Below, piece after piece: positions 29,468 through 38,231 of a stretch of DNA of 64,000 bases (within the stretch, counting starts at the first letter, position 1; every line of letters begins with the position of its first letter). The DNA comes from an uncultured bacterium (lineage in GTDB: Bacteria; Chloroflexota; UBA5177; JANWHV01). The position numbers were made by a program, and so were the translations under genes. The notes beneath the pieces were generated by a model. That model made no database searches, was not told the DNA's origin, and saw only the letters and a program-made list of their open reading frames with translations. The DNA is taken from positions 128,001 to 192,000 of the forward strand of contig CAVSOU010000010.1 of assembly GCA_963729625.1 (NCBI GenBank), read 5' to 3'.

Positions 29468-30034
29468 TTACGCCTTTGATACCCGCTCGATGTATTGCCC
29501 GGTCCGAGTGTCCACCCTGATCACCTCATCCTGGTTGATGAACAGCGGTACGAGCACGCTGGCGCCGGTCTCGACCGTTGCCGGCTTCGTAGTGCCGGAC
29601 GCGGTATCGCCGCGAACACCCGGCTCTGTATAGGTAATGCGAAGTTCCACGTTCGGCGGCAGCTCGATGGCAATCGGCTCCTCGCCGTAGCTCAACAGCT
29701 CGACTTCCATGTTCTCTTTCAGGAACTTCACATCGTCGCCGATCAGCGTTTGCGGTATCGCAATTTGATCGAACGTTTCGGTGTTCATGAAGTTGTACGA
29801 ATCTCCATCGGCGTACAGGAATTGGACGGCATGCGATTCCAGCCGAGCGCGCGGGAAGCGCTCCCCGGCCTGCACGGTCTTCTCTGTAATTGCCCCAGTA
29901 CGGAGATTGCGGAGCTTCATGCGCACCTGTGCGCTTCCGCGTCCCATCTTGATGTGATTGAAATCCAGCACACGGAACAAATCACCATCGATTTCGAACG
30001 AGATCCCACGCTTCAAGTCACCGGTCGAGATCAC
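29468..30034 (-). CDS. efp: Elongation factor P
   Basis: HIKMGRGSA, TEPGVRGDTA, KPATVETG, VPLFI, VDTRTGQY. Confidence 0.97.
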   Translation of the reverse strand: MISTGDLKRGISFEIDGDLFRVLDFNHIKMGRGSAQVRMKLRNLRTGAITEKTVQAGERFPRARLESHAVQFLYADGDSYNFMNTETFDQIAIPQTLIGDDVKFLKENMEVELLSYGEEPIAIELPPNVELRITYTEPGVRGDTASGTTKPATVETGASVLVPLFINQDEVIRVDTRTGQYIERVSKA

Positions 30035-30058
30035 GCATTAACTCCTTGTTGATAAGTG

Positions 30059-31282
30059 CTATTGCACGGCAACGCCGGCTTGGCTTGTCTGACACTCGAG
30101 CGTCTCGCAGAAGTAGGTGTGCGAGTGTTTGCCATCCTTCGTCAATACCTCGAAGAATAACCACTTGGATTTCGTCGGGTAGAGTGCGGCATTCAGCGCA
30201 TTGAGACCAGGGTTGCTGATGGGACCAGGCGGGAGATTCGGGTGGAGATAGGTGTTGTAGAGGCTCAATACGCTGTTGTAATAATCCTGGCTTGGGATCT
30301 TGGGCCACCAGGTCTTCTCGGTCGCGCTGTAACCCATGCCATATTGGACCGTAGGATCGGCCTGCAGCAGTCGGCTGACGATCGAGTCGTTCTTGGGATC
30401 AAGCCTGTTCCAGTAGACTCCGGCGATCGCTTTCTGAACCTTGGGCAGGGAGCTTTCGCGCTGAATGATCGAAGCCATCGTCACGACCTGGAAAACGGTG
30501 TGATGCTCTCGATTTGCCTGCGCCACCATCGCGGCCGTGACCTCCTGCCCAAATCGCCTCAACATGAGAGCGATCACCGCGTGCGGATCCATGTGTGGGA
30601 GCAGTGTGTATTCCCCAGGAGCCAGAAATCCTTCGAGCGACGCTCCGGCCGGCAGCCCTTTGAGGAAGGCATAGTTGTACTTCGGTGTGGGGTCTTGAAT
30701 CTGCTTCATCACATCGGCGTACGGGGCGATGTGGTACTTGTCGAGAATCGTGGCGATCTCCTCTGCCCGCTTGCCGGCGAGAATGTTGTATTGGTTTTGC
30801 GGAGGCACGAATACGACATGGGTGGGAGGTGACTGGAGATTCTTGGCAATGTCATCCATTGACATATCGGTGTTAAGGGTGTGCGTGCCGGCCATCAAAC
30901 TACCTGATCCCCCGAAGAATCGGTAGTAGATGCCGAACAGCCAGCTACTCGACACAAGTCCGTCGCTCTGCAAATCATTGGCAATGGCGGATACGCCCTC
31001 TCCCTGCGTCACCAGGAAGCTCACCTGCTTGCGCGGGCCGCCTACCGAGGAATGGATCTGCTTGACCACATAGCCAATTCCGCCGAGAACGACAACTGCC
31101 ACCACGACCACTATCAGCAGGCCGAACAGGGTGCCGCCGCGCCCACCAGTGCGCCCCTGCCGGGTGTGAAATGCGGCAGGCAACTCTCCGTTCTGGCCGA
31201 TTCGTCCAGGCTCCAGACGTGTTGCCGATTCGCCTCTCGCCGCACGCAGCCTCTGCAGCCGATCTAGCTGGTCCTGTGACAT
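30059..31282 (-). CDS. mltG: Endolytic transglycosylase MltG
   Basis: Single TM helix, LEGFLAP, MASIIQRE, LQADPTVQY, YNTY..LPPGPISNPG. Confidence 0.93.
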   Translation of the reverse strand: MSQDQLDRLQRLRAARGESATRLEPGRIGQNGELPAAFHTRQGRTGGRGGTLFGLLIVVVVAVVVLGGIGYVVKQIHSSVGGPRKQVSFLVTQGEGVSAIANDLQSDGLVSSSWLFGIYYRFFGGSGSLMAGTHTLNTDMSMDDIAKNLQSPPTHVVFVPPQNQYNILAGKRAEEIATILDKYHIAPYADVMKQIQDPTPKYNYAFLKGLPAGASLEGFLAPGEYTLLPHMDPHAVIALMLRRFGQEVTAAMVAQANREHHTVFQVVTMASIIQRESSLPKVQKAIAGVYWNRLDPKNDSIVSRLLQADPTVQYGMGYSATEKTWWPKIPSQDYYNSVLSLYNTYLHPNLPPGPISNPGLNALNAALYPTKSKWLFFEVLTKDGKHSHTYFCETLECQTSQAGVAVQ

Positions 31283-31426
31283 TCCTCAACATATCCCATC
31301 GCTTCTGTACTTGGAGTGCGCACGCGTCTTTTGGCTCTGCTCGAGCAGCCGGCCCAAACTACTCACGCTGACCACAGTATCGCAACCCGAGACTACGCTC
31401 ACCCTTCATCCACATCGTGGCAGCCC

Positions 31427-31870
31427 CTAACCGGCAGCGTCTTCCGCCAGCCCCTTCTGTCGCGATGCTGCATCGAGGAAATCCTGGAGCATGATCGCCG
31501 CGGCGATAGCATCAAGACGCTCGCGACGCCGGGGATCGCGGAATTTCACCTGCCGTATCACCTGTTCGGCTTCCCATGATGACAGGCGCTCATCCCAAAA
31601 TCGTACCGGTACAGGAAGAGGGCCAAGTTCTTCGATATAGGCGTAGGTCTCTTCAACCTGAGCTCCGCTGCTCCCGTCCATGTTCAGCGGAAGACCGACG
31701 ACTACCGCCCCAACACCGTGTTCTTCGATCAGCTCTCGGACGTAGACGCCATGAGCATCCGCCCGTTTCAGCGTTCGAAAGGGCGTAGCCAGGAACCCGG
31801 TTGGATCGCTGAGGGCGATCCCAATCCATCGGTTACCGACATCCAGGCTCAGATAGCGCACGAGCGACAT
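31427..31870 (-). CDS. ruvX: RuvX/YqgF pre-16S rRNA nuclease
   Basis: LSLDVGNRWIGIALSD, VVGLPLNMDG, DERLSS, DAIAAAIMLQ. True start may be GTG 31861. Confidence 0.93.
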   Translation of the reverse strand: MSLVRYLSLDVGNRWIGIALSDPTGFLATPFRTLKRADAHGVYVRELIEEHGVGAVVVGLPLNMDGSSGAQVEETYAYIEELGPLPVPVRFWDERLSSWEAEQVIRQVKFRDPRRRERLDAIAAAIMLQDFLDAASRQKGLAEDAAG

Positions 31871-31937
31871 GATACCACAGCAACCTTATGTTCCGCGCGT
31901 GACGGTTCGGCGTCATCGCGGTTCCAGCCCAGGCTCT

Positions 31938-33761
31938 TCATTGGACCATATGGATCGAGATGAGCCTGGAGGTTATCGGCAGCCGGTTGGCCCAACTGGG
32001 ATCCGTACTAATCGTGGCGTGCCAGCCCGCGGGCTTCCCTGTGTCGTCGAGAATGGTCAGAGCGTCTGTTACGGTTGTTCCTGCTATTCGCGCGGCGAGA
32101 CTCCCGAGGTCGAGGGCAGGCATGGTACGACCCTGCACGCGCATAGCGATCTGAGCTGGGATGGTTCCTGCAGCTTGGAGAACCTTGACACTTGCCACAC
32201 TGCCGATTAGTAGCTGGCCAGTACGATTCAGGTCGCCTCTGGCCTTCCGGAGGCCCGCGGCGCGAATGTCTTCAGCGTGCAGATACGCCATATCTGTTGT
32301 CAACGTTATAGAAACGCGTGCGTACGGCCGCCCTCCCTGCGACGATCGCGTTTCCGAGAACGCGGTCTGGCGAGTCCTCTCCACAGTGCGAAGCGGACTC
32401 TGCGAATACTCCTGGTTTAGCCATGACACTTCGGCAGCTGCCAACTTCGCTCTGGCGGCGTCGATGGCGGCCGTCTCATCTTGCTGCGTGATGGTATAGA
32501 CAATCTTGCTGGTGCCGCCGGAGAGACCTGACGGATTCGTAACGAGCAAGACCCCGGCCAACCGCCCTTCAATTGCCGTGATCGCTCCCGCAGGCACATT
32601 TGAGGCTGTCCCGCCCAGTAACGCTTCGATCGGAGCCAAAGCCTGCCCATTTGTCGTCCCGGAGAAGTTCTGCACCGCGCCGGGCACGTTGACAGCCTCT
32701 GTCGTGGCAAAGCGCAGGCCGTCCCGCGCGGCCAAAGCAGTGCCGGCAGGGACTATGACAACGCCCGAGAGTGGGTTGGCGAACGCGATTGTGCCTGTGG
32801 CACGCAAGTCCGGAATGAGCAACGTGCCCGTACCCACGATCTGTGCCGATAGCGACTGGGTAGTATGCGTGTGGTACAGCGGTAGCTCGTCCAGAGCCGT
32901 CGATCCTACTGTGACCTGATACGTCCGATCAAACGGTCGCGGAGTAAAGACGATCGACACTGTGGCGAAAGGAAATAGCCACACCCAGCCGAGACCTGCG
33001 GCGCACAAAACCAGCAACGGCAGGGCAGCGATGCGCACCCACGGGCGACGCCGGTCAACCTCGGGGACTGCGCGTGCGCCATTTCCAGGATCCTCGCTCG
33101 CTGCCTCGCCCCCGAGGGCGGTTCCCGTGTCCAGACTTCCGGCGCCGGAACGGTGCCCGTGCGACACGAACGCCGGTGATGCGTGGTAGCCCGCGTGCTC
33201 GCTGTTACGCTCAGCGAGGTCGATAACGTCTCCGACTGCGGCGCTTTCGTGCAGCCCGGGCGGCCTGGTTGCGAGATCATGTCCGGGCACGATTGTAGCC
33301 GGGTCTCCCGGGGAGGCTAGAACCGGCGCCTGCGCCTCCGCGACTCCCTTCGACGGTGCAGTCGACAGCAACGCGTGCGGATGGGCTAGACCTTCCGCGA
33401 GCGCCTTGCGTGCTTCGCCAACTGTGGCGAAGCACGACACTCCGGCTCCCTGCAGGTGCGACACGGTTGCTCGGTCAGTGGCCACAGCTGCGACGCCGAT
33501 TCCTGCAGCCTGGGCCCGGCGTTTGAGAAGCCGCGCAGCCACGGCGCCGTGGACGGCACGGGCATTGTCCGGAAGCACGAGTATGGCCGGTGCCGGCGCC
33601 TCTTCCACGCGATCCAGCAGCACCGGAAGGTCGTCGTCCACGTCGATGTAGATCAAGCGAGGGGTTCCAAGCCCGACGTCTTCCACATTGTTCAGGACGC
33701 TCCCGGTAGCACCGCCTGAATGCACAGGCTGCCCGCTGGCGTCTTTAGGAGACAGAGGCAT
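31938..33761 (-). CDS. Single-pass membrane protein with a baseplate-J-like extracytoplasmic segment
   Basis: Cytoplasmic IYIDVDDD..RLLKRRA domain, linker, one TM helix, then ATGTIAFAN..VPAGT..F.TTEAV..GGTASNVPAGAIT..VTNPSGLSGG. Confidence 0.7.
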   Translation of the reverse strand: MPLSPKDASGQPVHSGGATGSVLNNVEDVGLGTPRLIYIDVDDDLPVLLDRVEEAPAPAILVLPDNARAVHGAVAARLLKRRAQAAGIGVAAVATDRATVSHLQGAGVSCFATVGEARKALAEGLAHPHALLSTAPSKGVAEAQAPVLASPGDPATIVPGHDLATRPPGLHESAAVGDVIDLAERNSEHAGYHASPAFVSHGHRSGAGSLDTGTALGGEAASEDPGNGARAVPEVDRRRPWVRIAALPLLVLCAAGLGWVWLFPFATVSIVFTPRPFDRTYQVTVGSTALDELPLYHTHTTQSLSAQIVGTGTLLIPDLRATGTIAFANPLSGVVIVPAGTALAARDGLRFATTEAVNVPGAVQNFSGTTNGQALAPIEALLGGTASNVPAGAITAIEGRLAGVLLVTNPSGLSGGTSKIVYTITQQDETAAIDAARAKLAAAEVSWLNQEYSQSPLRTVERTRQTAFSETRSSQGGRPYARVSITLTTDMAYLHAEDIRAAGLRKARGDLNRTGQLLIGSVASVKVLQAAGTIPAQIAMRVQGRTMPALDLGSLAARIAGTTVTDALTILDDTGKPAGWHATISTDPSWANRLPITSRLISIHMVQ

Positions 33762-33784
33762 CGGTGGGTTACCTCGCCTTCACG

Positions 33785-35038
33785 CTAGAGCCTGAGCGCG
33801 CGGACGGCGCGAACGAGGGCATCCGTGGCAATGGAAGCCGGCAGTTGCATTGCCAGAGTCTGAAATGCGAGGCCCAGGGCAGTAATGTCCTGCCGGGTTG
33901 TAAGTCCGCCCGTTTCATCGCGCATCGATCCGACGTCCCCCGGTTCGATAACTGTGACTTTCGGCGGCCGAGCGCAAGGAAGCTGCTCGGTCCAGGGAAA
34001 GCTCTCGAGCCGCTCGACTATGTCCGGAAGCCCGGAGGCGCCTCCGCAAAGATAGATGTGTGGAGGCAACCTGCCTTCGCCGCTCAGTTCTTCGAGAATC
34101 AGTTGAACGCCGTCCATCCACGTCGAGACGTCCCGGTCAAGCACCTGTTTCACATCACGCATGTCGCCCACCCGCAGCTCGCCATGCGCGTATTGCAGCT
34201 TCAAGGCCTCTGCAGTGTCGAGGTCGACGCCCCGCTCGATGGAGATACGTCTTGTGAAGGCACGTCCCGCCAACGCAAATGACTGCGTTGCCTCTATGCC
34301 CCCATTGCGCACTAGGGCGACGTCCGTCGTACCTCCGCCAATGTCGACAAAGATGCCTCCCGCGTCCGAAGCTATGGCCGGGGCAAGGCAGCTCGCCACC
34401 GCGAAAGGCTCGGCGACGACACTCAGAAGCTCAAGGCTGAGGTGGCGTGCAATCGACTCCGATGCGCCAACATGGACGAGAGGAGCAAACGCATTGAAGA
34501 CGGTGACCTGGAGATACCGCCCCTGAAAGCCGAGTGGATTGCTGACCAAGTGCCCATCCATCTTGATCGAGACGATCGACGAATTGACGAGTCGGACATC
34601 GACGATGGGCTGGCCCATCTCGGTCGATAACCGGTCGGTGACACGCCTGAGCGCCAGTCGCTGAACGCGCTCCATCACATCTTCGATCTCTTCCATGCCC
34701 AAGGGATCGGCAGGTCTGTCGCGCTCAATGGTGACCGCCGTTGCCATGCCCTTGACGAGTTCGCCCGCAAGCCCCACTATGGCGCGCTTGCTGACCCGCC
34801 CTGCCATGCGTTCGGCGGCGCTCAGAGCTGCGTGGCAGTTCTCGACGACCGCTTCTATATCGGTGATCAGACCGTTCTCCATCGCGGTCCGGGTCTGTCG
34901 GTGCCGGCCAAAGCCTCGGACCACTCCGACGCCGCCCTCGACAGTAAAGACCAGTGCCTTGGCGTATTCGGTCCCGATATCAAGAGCTGCAAACGCGGCC
35001 GGAGTCGACTTGCGGAAAGGGACACTAAAAGCCGGCAT
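33785..35038 (-). CDS. FtsA-like actin-fold ATPase outside a dcw cluster
   Basis: ALDIGTE, NPLGFQG, VAEPFAVA, VDIGGGTTD, AEALKL, LCGGAS. Confidence 0.85.
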   Translation of the reverse strand: MPAFSVPFRKSTPAAFAALDIGTEYAKALVFTVEGGVGVVRGFGRHRQTRTAMENGLITDIEAVVENCHAALSAAERMAGRVSKRAIVGLAGELVKGMATAVTIERDRPADPLGMEEIEDVMERVQRLALRRVTDRLSTEMGQPIVDVRLVNSSIVSIKMDGHLVSNPLGFQGRYLQVTVFNAFAPLVHVGASESIARHLSLELLSVVAEPFAVASCLAPAIASDAGGIFVDIGGGTTDVALVRNGGIEATQSFALAGRAFTRRISIERGVDLDTAEALKLQYAHGELRVGDMRDVKQVLDRDVSTWMDGVQLILEELSGEGRLPPHIYLCGGASGLPDIVERLESFPWTEQLPCARPPKVTVIEPGDVGSMRDETGGLTTRQDITALGLAFQTLAMQLPASIATDALVRAVRALRL

Positions 35039-35175
35039 CGTCGCTGTGCACCAATTTTCGTAGCCCACTCACGAAAAGAGCAGGAGTGGCAACACCACAC
35101 CTACTCTCCATCGTGTCGTGAAATGGAGCGGACCGCAAAGGCACTGTCCACAGGTTTTGCAGGAAACGCGCCGGC

Positions 35176-35496
35176 CTATCGAGGTTTGCGATCGGTCAAC
35201 GATGCCTTCTTCGCGGCTTCGAACTGCTCGGTGAGCTCTTTCCGCGTCAGCGCTGCCGTCGCGCGGCCTTCTTCAACTGCCAGTTGAATCTGCGCTCGCA
35301 CTTCGGAAACAAACATACGTGCGCGATCCACGAAGCCGTTGATCGGCTCGAAAGGGGTCGGACGTGACACGTGCTTGCCTGAGTCCTGCACAGCAGGTAC
35401 GGCAATGTTGGCTCGAGACGACAGGAGCAGCGCAATTCCGCCCCCAAGCGCAGCGCCCACCGCTAGACCAGAGAAGAGTCTTCCGGCCCGGGACAT
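35176..35496 (-). CDS. YtxH-like small membrane-anchored protein
   Basis: FSGLAVGAALGGGIALLL N-terminus followed by an amphipathic helix. Confidence 0.6.
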   Translation of the reverse strand: MSRAGRLFSGLAVGAALGGGIALLLSSRANIAVPAVQDSGKHVSRPTPFEPINGFVDRARMFVSEVRAQIQLAVEEGRATAALTRKELTEQFEAAKKASLTDRKPR

Positions 35497-35519
35497 GCCA
35501 ACTCCCTGCACCCACAATC

Positions 35520-35789
35520 CTAACTTCGAGTCTGATTATACCATACGGCGGCAAACCTCAGGCCGACGAACATGACAATTGTAAACGCCAAGCCGGTGCC
35601 CAATTCAACAGACCCAACGTTAAAATACGCGATGCCTGCGGCACGACCGAACACCTGGCCGATCAGCATCGCTACAACGCCCAGCACCCAATAGACCGGG
35701 AAATAGTATAGGGGTTTCCCCGTGACCAAGCCGGCGACGCTTGCGGTCACAAAGGCAACGACGAACACGAGCAGGAGCTGGGGAGACAT
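35520..35789 (-). CDS. Small 3-TM hypothetical membrane protein
   Basis: 89 aa, hydrophobic, in operon orientation, AGGGA SD. Confidence 0.7.
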   Translation of the reverse strand: MSPQLLLVFVVAFVTASVAGLVTGKPLYYFPVYWVLGVVAMLIGQVFGRAAGIAYFNVGSVELGTGLAFTIVMFVGLRFAAVWYNQTRS

Positions 35790-35834
35790 ATCCCTAGCAG
35801 CCGCAGGCGGCAGCGGAAACCTCAGCTGCCATAG

Positions 35835-37055
35835 TTACCGCCCCGCCAACAGGTCCTGCTCTGCGCGTTGTAGCTGCAGGTCATTGCCTGCAGCCGGTTG
35901 CTGAACGATGAGATCGGGCGTGATGCCCTGCCCTTCGACCTGATGCTGCTTTGGCGTGAGCCACAAGGTCGTGGTGATCCGAAGGCTCGACCCGTCTGCA
36001 AGCTGCTTCTCCTCCTGCTCGCTGCCTTTGCCGTAGGTCGTCGCGCCGATGACCCGCGCCCGGCCATTTTCCTGCAATGCCGCGGCGAGAATTTCGGCTG
36101 CACTTGCGGTGTCGCCGTTCACAAGCACGTCAACTGGCACGCTCTGGGCGATGCCCGGAGACGAGACTCTGTTTGCGGTGGAGTGATAGACATTGTTCCC
36201 CAGGTTCGTCTTCTCCCACCAGATTATGGCGTTCGTTGGCAAAAACTCGCCCGCGATCTGGCGTGCCTGCTCGACATAACCACCAAGGTTGTTCCGCAAG
36301 TCGATGACCAGGTACTTCACGTGCATCGCGTGCAAGAGCAGGCTGATCGCGCCGCGCACGCCCTTCGCGGAGTCGGAACCGAACACGGTGAAGCCGACAT
36401 ACCCTATAGCGCCGTTTGTCGCGTACATCACTGTGGGTACAGCCCCACGTACGACGCGCACCGATAGGGGCGCATGGAGCGGCTCGCGCGTGATCGTCAG
36501 GTTGACGCTCGTGCCGCTCCTGCCGTGGATGAGTGCCAATGCGCGAGCCGACGCCAGTTGCCGAATGTCCTTTCCGTCGACCGTCGTAATCACATCGCCT
36601 TGTTTCAGACCCGCGCGAACCGCGGGCGAATCAAAGCCCAGCGCAGTGATCTGCAGACCTCCGGCGGTTTGTCGGACGCTCGCACCAATTCCGTACAGCG
36701 ACTGATCGTTGAGTTGTTGGTACTGGTAGGTGCTCTCCGCCGGTGGCAAGTAGACGGTATGCTGATCCTTTGCGCAACAATTGTCCACCAGGCCAGCGAC
36801 GGCGCCTTGGAGCAACTGCTTCGTATCGAAAGGTCTCCAGTAGCTGTCCGTGTTCAACGTCTGATAGGCAAGCCAGAGATCGTCGAGCGACTGATCCATG
36901 TTTGCCGGCACCGAGACCCCACCGATCACATACTGCTTGTCGTTCTGCTTGGCAGTTCCTATGCTGACACCCGCCGCGAAACTTGTGGCCATCACGGCCA
37001 GTATCAGCATCGCCGCCAGCACGCTCACCCGCCCCCGGTTGCCACGGCTAATCAT
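35835..37055 (-). CDS. S41 family carboxy-terminal processing protease (CtpA-like)
   Basis: PDZ (YGIGA..SPAVRAGLKQGD), IDLRNNLGG, TASAAEI, TYGKG, GITPD. Confidence 0.93.
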   Translation of the reverse strand: MISRGNRGRVSVLAAMLILAVMATSFAAGVSIGTAKQNDKQYVIGGVSVPANMDQSLDDLWLAYQTLNTDSYWRPFDTKQLLQGAVAGLVDNCCAKDQHTVYLPPAESTYQYQQLNDQSLYGIGASVRQTAGGLQITALGFDSPAVRAGLKQGDVITTVDGKDIRQLASARALALIHGRSGTSVNLTITREPLHAPLSVRVVRGAVPTVMYATNGAIGYVGFTVFGSDSAKGVRGAISLLLHAMHVKYLVIDLRNNLGGYVEQARQIAGEFLPTNAIIWWEKTNLGNNVYHSTANRVSSPGIAQSVPVDVLVNGDTASAAEILAAALQENGRARVIGATTYGKGSEQEEKQLADGSSLRITTTLWLTPKQHQVEGQGITPDLIVQQPAAGNDLQLQRAEQDLLAGR

Positions 37056-37108
37056 GGAGCATGCTTCCTTGCGGTTCAGTCCCCCCGCTGAGGCGGAGCA
37101 ACCGCAAA

Positions 37109-38231
37109 CTATTCTGCCATCTGGGCGCGGAGAAACGCTCCCATGAACGGATCGAGGTCTCCATCCAGCACTCCGTAGACGTCTGTAGTCTCATGACCGG
37201 TTCGTTCGTCCTTGACAGCAGTATACGGATGCAAAACGTAAGACCGATCGCGGTTACCGAAGTTGGCCGCGATCGGCTCTCCTCGGAGTCGTGCCTGCTC
37301 TTCTTCGCGGCGGTGCAGCTCAATATCGAGTAACTTTGCCTGAAGGATTGTCATAGCAACCTGGCGATTCTGCAATTGAGACCGTTCGTTTTGGCAGGTC
37401 ACCACGATTCCCGTGGGCAAGTGCGTGAGGCGGACAGCAGACGACACCTTGTTGACATTCTGCCCACCAGCCCCCGTCGACCGGTAATGATCTTCTCGGA
37501 TATCCTTGGCGTCGACGACGATTTCAGGCGCGCCTTCATCGATCGCAGGCAGGACCTCCACTGCAGAAAAACTTGTCTGGCGGCGATGGGCGGAGTCAAA
37601 CGGCGACAGACGGACCAGTCGATGACTGCCGCGCTCGGACAGCAGATACCCGTATGCGTAGAGTCCATCTATCTCGATTGTGGCGTTCTTGAACCCGGCT
37701 TCTTCACCCTCGGTACTCTCGATTAGCTCGGCCTTGAATCCGCGGCGCTCGGCCCATCTGAGATACATGCGGGTGAGCATCTCTGTCCAGTCCTGCGCGT
37801 CGACACCTCCTGCGCCGGTTGTAATGGTGACCACCGCGTTATGGTCTGAGTACGGCCTGTCAAGCATCAAATCGAGCTCGCCTTTGTCCAGGTCCTGCCC
37901 GACCTCTTCGACCTGGCCAGCTACCTCCGCCAGGAAGCTCACATCGCCAGTCGCGAGCTCTGCCATATCGGCAAGCTCGCGGAGATGCGTCGACATTGCC
38001 TCCCAACTGCTGAGCTTCTGCTTGAGCACGGTAAGCCGCTGCAGAACGCCGGCCGCATGCTTCGGATCATTCCAAAGCGCGCCGTCAGACGCCTGCCGCT
38101 CGAGATCTTCGATTTGCGCGCGTTTTCCGGGTGCGTCAAAGACGCACCAATAGGCCTTCGAGGCGCGCTCGAAGTGCCCCTATCTTCGACTGAACTTCCT
38201 CTTGCGAGAGGATTCTGCTAGCTTCGACCAT
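37109..38231 (-). CDS. prfB: Peptide chain release factor 2, translated through a programmed +1 frameshift
   Basis: ORF1 from ATG 38231 (MVEASRILSQEEVQSKIGALRARLEGLLVRL) ends CTT TGA C at 38141-38135. The +1 frame carries SPF and GGQ. Confidence 0.95.
38135..38150 (-). promoter_or_regulatory. prfB +1 frameshift site TTGGTGCGT-CTT-TGA-C
   Basis: Canonical CTT TGA C slippery site with an SD-like GGTG 3 nt upstream. Confidence 0.92.

Noticed and set aside
31938-33761. Baseplate-J-like gene as evidence of a prophage or tailocin
   Set aside because: No sheath, tube, spike or other phage genes, and the protein has a TM anchor among housekeeping genes.
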